Assembly (NCBI GenBank): GCA_051362555.1
Contig: CM120640.1
Coordinates: 29,903,967 to 29,967,966 of the forward strand
DNA from: Lingula anatina
Lineage: Eukaryota; Animalia; Brachiopoda
Length of the DNA: 64,000 nucleotides
Direction: 5' to 3'
Part shown: one piece after another, positions 26,515 through 38,599 of the stretch
Layout: each line of letters starts with the position of its first letter
Numbering within the stretch: the stretch's first letter is position 1
Notes under the pieces: generated by a model
The model's input: the letters and a program-made list of their open reading frames with translations, nothing else
What the model was told of the DNA's origin: nothing
The model's database searches: none
Position numbers and translations under genes: made by a program

Positions 26515-27933
26515 TATTAGTACCACCAGCGTGTACGCTGGCGGTACTCATGGTTTAAGTCCCGACCCGTCTCGTCCGGCTCCGCCGGCTCCTGCGGCTC
26601 CGCCGGCTCCATTGGCTCCGTTGGCTCCGCCGGCTCCACGTACTGGCGCCGGATACAAGTCACCGTTACCGCTTCTCCTCCTAGACCGCAAGGACCCCTG
26701 TCCCCATCTCTTGGATTTAGGTCACATATAACCTCAACTTGAACCCCCAAGTTTTTTTGTCTATGTCGGTGCATTGACCTGGGCGTGACACTCGTTGAAT
26801 TGCACCCTTGTCAAAATTTTAGAAAATTCAATGCCAATTATCTACCCTACGGAAGGAATTATGGGAAAAATTTCTACAGATGGCTGACCGAAAGGCATAT
26901 GTGGAGATTTCAAATATGCCCTTGGATTTGACCTTTGACCTTTGTTTCAATTTCAAATGGGCCAAAATTTTCAAAAAAACGAATTTTTTTACGAAAAAAA
27001 AAATTTTTGCTGTTATTCAGACACTACACAGACTTAACCAATAATATTATTGGAAAGTGTTCCCCTTTGGGTCATCTTTCATCTCCGTGAATTCGGGGTC
27101 AATCAGTGCATTTTCACGGGAGTAGCGGCCATAAGATACCGAAACTGAAAACTGTCTATAATTCGGGAACCATTAATGCTAGAGACCCGTTCTTTTTTGC
27201 ATTTCGTAGAGCATGTAAAGCCCAACACTGCAAGTGGTCTCGGTTTTTTCGTATTCCATACAGTTTTCAAGTTATGCTGTATCAAAAAGTACATTGTGGT
27301 TGTGAAAATTATAACATTTAGTCCCTTATATCTCCAAAACTGGCAGAGATAGGTCCATAGTTACTATTAAAGTTGAATAGGAAGTCACATACTGGCAATT
27401 TAAATGTGACCTTGAAATTGACCTTTGACCTACTTTTTACCATGAATTGAACTTTGCAAATTTTGTTCCCTTTTATCTCCAAAACTGGCAGAGATAGGTC
27501 CATGGTTACTATTGAACTTGAGTAGAAAGTCATATACTGGCAATCTAACTGTGACCTTGAAATTGACCTTTGACCTACTTTTAAACATGAATTGAACTTT
27601 GCAAATTTTGTTCCCTTTTTTCTCCAAAACTGGCAGAGATAGGTCCATAGTTACTATTGACCTGGAATAGAAAGTCATTAGAGGCAATTTACTGTGACCC
27701 TTGACCTACTTTTTACGATGAACTGAACTTTGATTGTACCATATTTAGTTATATATATATATTTTTTTTTTTTGCATATTTTGAGAATTCTTGTTGATTG
27801 CATTTTATAGAGCTTGTCAAGCACAAGACTGGTGGTGGAGTCCCTTTTTTTGGGTGGGGGGTCCATACGAATGCGCTTACTCCAGCTGGTGGTACAATAT
27901 CCGGAGGCGGTATCGCCTCTCTGATCCTCTAGT
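26515..27933 (+). mobile_element. Complete short Helentron family A element (~2.7 units of the 146-bp repeat)
   Basis: 5' GTACCACCAGCG hairpin and (GGCTCCGCC)n; 3' subterminal inverted repeat, hairpin and CTAGT. Confidence 0.88.
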
Positions 27934-28117
27934 TAGTCATGAAATTGTGCCTTTTTCACCAGGTGTCATGTGGACTTAATGGCCCATACAGCAACCACAT
28001 TTTCAACTTGACCGTTCTCAGTCACCAAGAGACTGTTCTCAGTCATATTGGGCGGAGCAGTTGGCAGTGAATGAAGGTTTTAATTTTTGGTGTCAGAAGG
28101 GGGGGGGGGTCTATAAA

Positions 28118-28560
28118 GGGCAGAAACCACAAAATTGACCAATCACCAACTGTTATAGACGAATGTAGTTCAGTGAGAAAAAATTAGTGCTTCTTTTCCA
28201 TTTTTTCCTGGCATTTGTTGTGTGTTGCTGGGGTTAATTTTAGTGTCAACTAGCAGGCTAGGGTGTAAACTACTTTTTTTTTTTTTCAGGAGCAAGCACA
28301 GTTGTGGTGCAGTTGTGATTCCTCTGGTGGAGGGAGCTACTGACTGTGAGTGGTGCAGTGGTTTGTTTACAAACAGAGGGGTGCACATGTTCAAGTAATG
28401 CCGGTAAGAAAGTTTACTTTATGACAGTATATTTTTGTGCCATTGGGAGTTATGTCAGTGCGTCTGCTGTCCATGGGGATGTGAAATGTTTCACACATTT
28501 CTTTTGTTCATGCAGTTTTGAAGGCATTTTTTAGTATGGCCGTCAATGGGAAATTATATG
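28118..28560. repeat. KolobokP long terminal direct repeat (outer end truncated)
   Basis: Starts GGGCAGAAACCAC and aligns with 11506-11949. The last ~17 bp, including the TIR, are replaced by minisatellite at a TATG microhomology. Confidence 0.85.
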
Positions 28561-29337
28561 GGAAGGCAATGAACATTGTGACATCAACAATTGCTGTTGT
28601 ATTATGAGAAGACATTCAACATTGTGGCATCAACAGTTGTTGTTGTATTATGGGAAGACATTAAACATTGTGACATCAACAATTGCTGTTGTATTATGGC
28701 AATACATTCAACATTGTGACATCAACAATTGCTGTTGTATTATGGGAATATATTGAACATTGTGACATCAACAATTGCTGTTGTATTATGGGAATACATT
28801 CAACATTGTGACATCAGCAATTGCTGTTGTACATATGTATTATGGGAAGACATTGAACATTTTGATATCAACAATTGCTCTTGTATTATGGGAAGGCAAC
28901 GAACATTGTGACATCAACAATTGCTGTAGTATTATGGGAAGACATTGAACATTGTGACATCAACAATTGTTGTTGTATTATGGGAATATATTGAACATTG
29001 TGACATCAACAATTGCTGTTGTATTATGGGAATACATTCAACATTGTGACATCAACAATTGCTGTTGTATTATGGGAATACATTCAACATTGTGACATCA
29101 GCAATTGCTGTTGTACATATGTATTATGGGAAGACATTGAACATTTTGATATCAACAATTGCTCTTGTATTATGGGAAGGCAACGAACATTGTGACATCA
29201 ACAATTGCTGTAGTATTATGGGAAGACATTGAACATTGTGACATCAACAATTGTTGTTGTATTATGGGAAGACATTGAACATTGTGACATCAACAATTGC
29301 TGTTGTATTATGGGAAGACATTGAACACTGTGACATC
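28556..29337. repeat. 46-bp minisatellite, block 4 (~17 units, with a 284-bp internal duplication)
   Basis: Same unit. Variant units (GTACATATGT, GGCAACGAAC) repeat at 284-bp spacing (e.g. ORFs at 28729 and 29013). Confidence 0.97.
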
Positions 29338-30252
29338 AGCACACGAACGAAACGTACAGCCTCGATATGAAACCAGACAACTTTTGTGTTTTTAATCTCC
29401 AAATACTTTAAAAAATCAATTAAGTTAATAAAAACGCAAGGAACAAGAACTTCTTAGATCGTACATTTTATATTAATGATTATTAAAGATCATAATAATT
29501 AAAGAGTCGCATTTCGATTTACTCCATGCTATGGCCTTTATTGAAAAATAGCATTTTTTACGAGATTACAAATTGCATCGTATTGTTTGGTTCCATTGCC
29601 TCGCTTTCAAAAATAAGAACAGGCGCCCCAAAACCAGGAGACGAAGTTAAAAACATTATATTGGCCGAGTTCGCCCAGGAACAAGAATGTCCTCGTAGCA
29701 TTATCTGCAATTAACCTTCCTACGATTTTGAATGTATTTTGCAATATTATTTTCAATTTGGCCCATGGTGAATTTTATTAATCAAGAGGTGAGGGGGTAG
29801 GGAATTCCCTTCAGATAGTATGACCTCACATGACATACCTATAAATACTTCACCTTCAAAGGGAATCCCCGAACAAAATAGAAAAAATAAATAAAGTTTT
29901 TTCGATTGAATCATTTTAATGCCACAAAATGTTATTTTTTGGGGGGTCGCAACCATTTATTAGTTAATAAAGTGTCTACTCTTTCTTTTTTTTTGTTTAA
30001 ATATACAAGATACGATAAATCAAAAGTAGGTCAATTGGGGGTCAGGGATTCCCCCAACATGTACTACTCTATTTTTCCACAAATAAAATATCGTTTTCAG
30101 CAAAGACTGACATTTTCATCTTTTTATGCATACACTAATGAAAACACATCCAAAAAATATTTTTAAACGACAGTGCAAAGCTAATTGACTCGACCAGACG
30201 GCAAACACTGCCGCGCTTTGGTCCTGTGGCAGGCGACATACCAACCGTAGAA

Positions 30253-33200
30253 ATGGAGAAGTGTTGTTCTCGTCTGTCCTCCGATTGTTATGGACGTGTG
30301 TGTACTGTAAGAGATAATCGAACAGCAAGGCAGACAGGGATAGCGATAGGCTCTCCTTTGTGCCGTTATCATTATCGAGATGAATACATAAAGTTCTGTT
30401 GCACCGAAGGCACGGGACTTTTTGACAGCCACTCCTCAAGATTTCGCCCCTGTCCCGAGAGGCTTTGGGAAGTGTTAGATGACATTGGAAGTAATAACAA
30501 CAAGTAGAGAAAAGGCATCGGCATTTGCTGGTCCTGTTATAAGAAGATAGACACCACTGTCCAACATCATCCTTCATATATTCCATCAATTAAAAGAAAA
30601 AAATCAGAGGTATGGTATTTGTTCTGACATCTTATTTTTCTCACTTTTTTTAGACAAACCTAAGTTGTTTGTCCATAATACTTTAAATCATTTCTTTTAT
30701 TTCAGAGTTCATCCGATGCAGACACAGATGAAGTTACTCAAATGAACAGTGAACATGACTATGTGAGTTCACAAATAATAAATAAAGAGCAAATAATACA
30801 AAACTTGGTAAAACTTGAAAATTTCATCACTTAAAATTTTACATTTTGAAAATGCCTGAATCAAAATGACCATATTAGGCAAGAACTTTTCAAAATTATC
30901 CAGAGGCCTTTTTTCAAATTTGACAAAATTTTCTAAGTGAAAATAAAAATTATGTAAGCAGAGACTCATCTTCTGAAAAAATGTTCAAGACTGACTTAGT
31001 TTTCAAGTGTTTACCATAAAATAGTATGGCTCAATGAGCCTAAATGCATTAAAACTAAGAGAACACAGAAATGTGAGCAATTCTATTTAATTCCTTTATT
31101 TCCTAAACACATACATGTATACTTTACCAAAATAATTTGATAAATGCCATACACAGTTATGTAAGCTGCTTTTCATTAACATTCACAATTTTATTTCAGG
31201 CATCATCTGCAGAGAGTAATACTGCAATAAACAGTGAACAAGGCCATGTGAGTAAAGATAAATAAAAATCCAGTAGCAAGTCCTCTTGACTTTTTTCTTT
31301 CACAAATTAAAGACTCACTTCCAACAGGCTTTTAGATTTTTTGCCCTTGGTATTAAAAAGTCGTTACTTTGATTTCAGATTACATTCACTGCAAACAGAG
31401 AAATGACTACTCCCAGACCAGTAAACAATGAACATAACTATGTGAGTAAAGAGAAATAAACATAATTCTATACACAATAGTTATTTTGCAATCTATATAT
31501 TCTCTGAAATAAATATTACTACTACTAAGGGCCTATTGTACAAAACACATTAATCCTCACGTGATGCTTGTAGTATCCAGGGGTTTCTTTTGGATTTGGG
31601 GTATAGGGAGTCCAATATATGGATCTGAGATGTATCTAACCGAGCCATGTTCATCAGTCCGGTATGTTTAAAGACAAAAGGTCAAACGGTTTTCCATAGT
31701 TCAACACTCTTGTGGTTAGGATGGTGTGGTGAGCTTTCATGCCTTGCTTGTAGACATCTTTGGAGCACAGGGCTGGTCTTTTAACAATATTTACTCAAAA
31801 GCAATGGAGGCAAAGCGCTAAAAGCATTAGATGCTCTGCATTTTTGGAAAATTAAATAAGTAAATAGTCTTTCTCTTTGTCTTGGTCATTTGGCATATCC
31901 TGTAGGAAAGAACAATACGTTTTAGCATAAATATTAAAATTTTTTTCTAGATTTTATTTGCTGGAAGCCCAAACAGCAACACTCAGTTGATCTCCCAAAA
32001 AATAAAGAATCAGAAAGATTCCATGGAAGAGCTCCAAGAATCCATAGAAAAGCTCCATGAAGAACTGCAAATACTTAAAGACAAAGGTAAAATGATAATG
32101 ATTAATCAGTATCACAGTCCATACACGGACTGAATTATCCTCCTTCAAGATAACATTAAAACTCTACATTTAACTATAGTGAGTCAAAATCACTGAAAAT
32201 GTGTAGCCCTTGGCATAATTCTTTATGTCATTTTTTTTCCAGAAAATTTTGCTCAACTTCTTGAGACCTTTCAAAGGGCCTTATACACCCATTATGAGAA
32301 TGGTGGGGTAAAGTTATACCAACCAGATGTAATTCAGGCCTTTTGTGATAAGCATTCCCCTGGGCTGTGGCAAATGATCCTCGAGGCCATAGCACCTGTC
32401 CGTGGATCTAGTCAAAAAAGAATGGAGCTTCAAAAGCAAAGAGTAGCTAGCTTGCTACATACACTAAGCTATTTTAAGTAAGAAAAACACTAGTAAAAAT
32501 AATCTAGCATTAATGAAGTACACATTAATTTCAGCTCTAATAAATAGATGAGGTTAAAATACAAATGAAGTCTATGAATAAAAAAAGGAAAAAAAATGCA
32601 CAATTTAGGACATCTAAAAAAAACAAATGATTTTACCTATAAAATTAATTATTGCTTTTTTCTTCTTTATACTAATTACTCTGCAAACAATCGTTGACAT
32701 AAATGTATCCAAGAAGCTTTTTTTTCATATTCTTATTATATAGACTTGTATACTCTACTTACAGAAATCAGAAAAACAGCCACATGGTTAAAGATTCTGG
32801 ACTGTTCCTGCACCACAGAGGACTGTCAAAGTCTGGCCAAACAATGGGTTCTATCATGGGCTGCAGTGTGTCCAATAGTACACTTACAAGACATAGAGAA
32901 CATTTATCAGTACTCAACTCTAAATCAGTCACTCAATGCCTCAATAAAGTAGCTAAGGTGTGTATACCACCCTAGACTAGATAAATAAGCAGAAATTTAG
33001 ATAACACAACTTTTTATACCCACTTTCACTCCTGATAAAAAAGACTTTCTATCTTAAAAAATTGTAATAATAAATTATCTACATTGGGCATGTGACAGGC
33101 AATAATCATTATTTCTTTACAAATTAATAACTAAAATAAACTTCAACAGCACCAGTGTTGCTGTTTTAAAGTAAAACATTACTGTATTTAAGCATTGATA

Positions 33201-36200
33201 TTATTTACTTCAGAACAAGAAGCTACTACTTGGGTTCATTGATGACTTTCACAATGTGCACACAATAAGGGTTCCTACAGAACATCATGCATCATCAGCA
33301 GTGAGCATGGCCACTCTATTGGTTCAACAGGTTCCTGTTCCTGCCATTACCGCTTCTCCAGACCTCCATACCTCCGTTCTTGTGGACAAGAAGCTGTGCC
33401 GTGGGGGCATTGACATCTCTGCTGTCCAAACAGTCATCTCTAAACTTCAACAGAAAAGAGCTAGTAATTTATTTCAGTTACTGCCAGAGGAGTTACTTCA
33501 GCCAAATCAAACAATCTCAACAGCAACACTGGAAGAACTGAGGTATGTATATGTACATGACTATCATTTAATGACATTAAAATAATTGGTGTATCAAAAT
33601 GATGCCTTTACAATGAATTATACCCAAATATTGCAATAAGCAACCTGACATAACTCCCAATGGTACATAAATATGTTTTGTGTTATCAGACAAACTTTCT
33701 TACCGACAATCAATGCACTGCTCCAATTAGTAATACCCTTCGGCAGAGGTCTCACGACTGCACCACACCTGTGCCTGGCCCTTGGAAAAAAAAAAAACAG
33801 GCATTTGTTTACACTGTAGCCTACTAGTTGACACCAAAATGAACCCTTGTAACACACAAGAAATGCCAGGAAAAAATGGAAAAAAAGCACATATTTTCTC
33901 TCACTGAACTACATTCATCTATAACAGTAAGTGATTGCTCCATTTAGTGGTTTCTGCCCATAAAAAGGAAATTTTTTGGAAAAATCACATCCCTGTGTAA
34001 TCCTTTTATCTTGCACTGAAATTACAATACTTTACATTTTGTGCATTTTAGGCTTATTTCCAAAATAATCTATAAAATTCTTATTTTTCAGAGTTTACAA
34101 TGAGGTGCAACATAGGGAGCTAAACAAGCTCAACACTACCTTGCTGATTGATGAAGTTCATCAGCCTCTTCATTCCTTAGCAGATTATGAAAAGGCATTC
34201 AGGAGGTTGTTTTTAAGTGATGAGCTCGTGGACTATATCAAAAGCAATGCAGTTTTTCTTCCTGGGGATTACCCAACTTTCTACTTCATGAAAAAACTCA
34301 TAGCCCAACTGCCCATCACAGATCATCGCCTTCACGTTGTTCCACTTCAAGGTCCATTTCACGTCTTCTTAAACCTGATCGAGGATATTGTCATAACAAA
34401 TCACGCCTTCTTTGCCAATCTGTATCGTGAAGTCTTTGGAGGGATTCTCGCTAAAAAACCAAAACCCTTTCGTATCAGTCTTGTCATTGTTGCTGCATAC
34501 CTTGGCTGGCATCATATTCGCTCATCTATTCTTCATAAATTTCATCTATCTAAAGATTTGGAAGTTCTTTATATCCTCTTTCTTTTAGATACTCTCATTC
34601 CAACAGCATTTGTTTATTATTCTAAAATCTTTCGTACTGGAGACCTGATCAATTTCCGACTCATCACATCTCTCATTGCCATCATCTTCATCATACTTCG
34701 TCGCAAACATTACAACAAAGCTACTTTGGCAAGCATAAGCGACGACATTCATCATCAAGGTTTACCAGTCTATGAGCAAATCAAAAATTCTCATCTTAGC
34801 ATTTTCACCGAAAAACTTGTGGAACTCTTTCACAGTGTTCTGCGACGTCACATTCAGCCACATTCCACCCATCAGCAAATTTCACAAAGGGCTAAAGAAC
34901 TTTCGGCAGCAAACATCGATTCATTTTCAAGTAACTTCACCAACCAACCATCATCTTCATCCCACTCTAAAGACCTTACTTTGATCACACACAAAACTGC
35001 TGTATTCCTAGTCAAGTCATTTTCTGCAATAGCTGATCACATAGGCCAGGCCAACCAGGTAAATAAGGTTCAAAAGGGTTGAATAAAAGTACCTTGAGTG
35101 GTGGTAGTTTGGTATATTTTGCAATCGGCAAAAATTATCAGTTTTTCATAAACACTATTTTGGAATCAGAATATTCTATTTCAATTTTACCAACTTCGAG
35201 GACCTGTCCACTAAATTTTTCCCACTCTATGAAGATTAAGCCATTCCGGACTCTCCAAATTATCTTGCCTTTCTTTGTCCCAGTGATTATTTATAGAAAG
35301 TCTAATCTGAGCATGCATTTAGTGATATTTCTAATGCACAATTAATTTGGGGTGTTCAATAGCTCAACACCAATGCCAAATGTTATTGGAATATTTGGGA
35401 TAAAGAAAGCTAAAATATGCAGTTACTGCACTATATTTTGAGTGTACAACAAAGTCTTAAATTCTCCTACCACTCAGGGCACTTTCATTCAACTGGGTAA
35501 CTTCCCTTCGATTTTGAACATAGAATCCCACTCACAAGGTGGATTTATTTGAATCACAATATTGTAATGCTATTGTGTTCATACTAAAGGTTTTACATTA
35601 TAAGAATTGAGATTAGGTGCCAATTGCGATTCAAAATGTTGTGTGTGAACAGGGTAAACAACAATGTCATAAAACTATAGTTTCAATTTTACATCAATTT
35701 ACAGAGTGAAACGAAGCCAAAGGAACTTCCAAAGTACCATCTACCAGGGCTGCAAATTGATGTGGATGTGAGGAACATGCCTCTTGGATTTTCTTTTTAC
35801 GATTTTGGCGTTAGCATACCAAATATACATGTGAGGTACATTGACAATTAGCAATTAGCAACTTTTTTTTTAGAAAATAACATTGAATGTGGAAATGGAT
35901 AAATTTGCCATTTGAAAGTATGAGAAAAATGTCCTTTACCCCTTTTTTTTGCCAAAATGAACAGTTGTTATCCCTTTAACATTTAATAAGCTAAAATATA
36001 AATTAAAAACAAAATGTATGATGATATCATGCAATGAAATATTTCTTACCTTTTCAGATGTGAAAGCACAGAGTGTTTGGCTGATGAAAATGCAGAATTC
36101 AAAATACTCATGTGTGGGCACTCATTTCATATAGCCTGCATGCCCAACCAATGCCCTTTTTGCCTAAAAAACATAAACAAAAGACTAGCAGACCTTTCAA

Positions 36201-37173
36201 ACACTTTTAATCTGTCATTACTACAAAAAAAAATGTCCGGATATCAAAAGAGAAAGTGATTGCTCTACAGACGATCTTTCCTCATCACCATCTAAAAGCC
36301 CTTATTACCATTCACAAGACTTTCACCATGATCTACAAAAACACATCAATTCCATCAGCACCCTGCCATTTCCAGCAAAAAACAACATCAAACAAACACA
36401 ACAAGAAACCAAACAATCATACAAGCAAAACACTGTTATCACTCCCAAAATACACACAAACCCAGGCAAGCTAGCAGACAAATTAAAAAACCACACAAAC
36501 TTACCACTAAACAATCTTCACTTCACAGAACTTAAGGACATTGAAAAGCTAGCATGCCCATGGCAGGGAACAACATCTCATGGCATTAAACTCATCAACA
36601 CATGCCCCATGGATTTCATCCTCAGTTGCATAATCATATCTGCCATTAAATCACCTTCATTTCGGAACCTGCTTTTTTCGTTATCAAACCCCACTGCATT
36701 ATCCCTCCAGCAAATGTACCATATGCTACACGCCACCAAGTCCTGGTCAGACATACGCCTTCATTGGCTGAAACTTACAAACAACAGATTTTTAGCCGCA
36801 AATCTGAACAACAACACCCTCAACTGCTGGGGTGAGGAAATGGACCTTATCCTCTCCCCCATTTGGAATTCATCCCTGGGAAACATGTCTGCAAAACCCA
36901 TACACCATTGTCCAACCTGCAACCAAACCAGAGCAAGAAACCCAATTAAAACCCTTCCAGTGCACAAAATTCTAAAACAGTAAGTTATTACAATATTTTT
37001 TAAAATAAATGTTTCTTTAAAAATATTGTTTAACACATTAACTTTAATAATACTACATTTTTTGACCGAGTTAAGTTCAATTATTCTACTACATTTTACT
37101 AGGTTCAGTATCTTGATGTGTGATGAAATGAGAAATATTTGAGGCACACCCAAATAATTATATTGCACTCAGA

Positions 37174-37221
<48 letters not shown>

Positions 37222-38346
37222 TTTCCAGGCATGGAAGTGGCATCACACACCTGCAAACTGCAGTAAATGAAGTTCTAACACCAACATCTACAAAATACAC
37301 AGATTCTAAGTGCCCACAGTGCAATACGACAGAAAGGATTCATTTTGAACTCGAAAGACAGCCTCCTTTGTTGTTGTTGTGGGTGTATCCATATGCACTG
37401 TAAGTGCAATCATGTCAAAATATATTAATAATTAGCATAATATGTATAAATTAATAAAAAGATTAAATAAATAAATATTCAAGAAATAGATAACATTAAC
37501 AGTCTACCATGTTAGCTTCCGACTAAACCAGCTAAATTTTGTTTGGACCAGCATTTTTCTCCTTAAAGTTTCAAAAATAGAGATCTTTGATTAGTATTTT
37601 TCAGGAATGTACTTATGATTCTAAATTTAAAAAAAATAAAAGTAATGTTTGACAAAACCAACTGCTACAATCTTTTGCAACTATAAATATTAATGTAATA
37701 GGGTAAAATGTGTGGTTTCATTGGAAATTTCTAATTAAGGCCGTAAATCCTGATTAGTAGCTGGGGTCCTAAAGATAAGCGAGCTGAAAGTTTATGACAC
37801 ATGCTTTGCATTAAAACAGATTAACATTAACAATGTTTGTTTGTATTACATTTTTTTTTGCATATTTTTAATTTCAGGGAGCAACGTGGCATAAAGTTGA
37901 CAGATGTGCCTAAACACTTAACTCTAGGCAACACAGAAAATAGGTAAATATCAAGCTGATAATTAATGACCTTGTTATTGTTTGTAAACATAAAGCACAA
38001 TATGGGTATTATTAATTAGTTAACACCTCAAGACTGTTCAACTTGCTCTCAATCCCAATAATATAGATTATGTTACAAACCAAAAGTTTTAGAAAAATTG
38101 AAGTGATATATATTTGTTTTCAAATGTATAAAGGTTAGCACATTGAACAAGCTATACTTTACTTTCAGATATACACTGGTGGGCACTTCAGCTTACAGAG
38201 ATAGTCACTACAGTAGTCACTTTGTGCGAGATAGGGTATTTATAAAGTACGATCCACTTCATTTACCTGGTGACTGTAAGACTGCACTGGATCTTTCAGT
38301 TCATAACAGCCCACAGATGACCAACACCTTAGTGTACATTTTATGA
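30253..38346 (+). pseudogene. 14-exon, ~1,283-aa Academ-related DDE transposase fused to a RING finger and a USP-like cysteine protease (one nonsense codon, one +1 frameshift)
   Basis: Exons 30253-30609, 30706-30762, 31200-31247, 31379-31441, 31951-32086, 32243-32477, 32765-32957, 33214-33542, 34092-35058, 35705-35835, 36058-36979, 37229-37399, 37878-37943, 38169-38346; all GT-AG and phase-compatible. Motifs IDDFHN, PGDYPT, GPFH..LN, VELFHS; CGHSFHIAC..CPFC; NTCPMD..HY..YD. Lesions: TAG at 30505 and an A9 run at 36225-33. Confidence 0.85.
33645..33959 (-). mobile_element. Partial solo KolobokP terminal repeat in intron 8
   Basis: Reverse complement begins GGGCAGAAACCACTAAATGGAGCAATCAC and aligns to 11506-11847. 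Confidence 0.8.
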
Positions 38347-38599
38347 TTTGTTTCAAGTCACTTACTTATTGGTTTGCTTGAAGACTTAAGGCTTTGGGCA
38401 TGTCACTGGCTTATGTTAAAACTCCTTAAAGTAATAGCTGTATGTGATAATGTTAGAAATGGTCCAGTCATAAGCTTGAAAATTTGAAACAAGTATTTTA
38501 AAAACGTGAGATTGCACTAGTATGAAATGGATGTTTTCTGGGGTATCACATGGTGATACACATTTTTAATGCAACTGTTAAGAAAAAACTGTCCAGTGT

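Larger units (their letters stand above)
11506..28560 (-). mobile_element. KolobokP composite-like DNA transposon (decayed, with nested insertions)
   Basis: ~460-bp direct repeats at both ends, a His-Me finger nuclease on + and a Kolobok-type DDE transposase on -, convergent. Inserted after TGAA (TTAA-like) in the minisatellite. Confidence 0.85.

Noticed and set aside
26517-26774. Pro/Glu-rich ORFs (EPAEP...)
   Set aside because: Translation of the (GGCTCCGCC)n microsatellite at the Helentron 5' end.
11506-28560. LTR retrotransposon
   Set aside because: The repeats lack TG..CA ends and a PBS/PPT, and no gag, RT or integrase lies between them.
34105-35082. Stand-alone 325-aa membrane protein gene
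   Set aside because: It is bounded by splice sites (34092, 35058) and is exon 9 of the transposase. The hydrophobic helices belong to the insertion domain between catalytic residues.
36225-36233. Programmed ribosomal frameshift between RING and protease
   Set aside because: It would need a +1 shift, and I see no stimulatory structure. A homopolymer indel is simpler, and the gene already has a nonsense codon.
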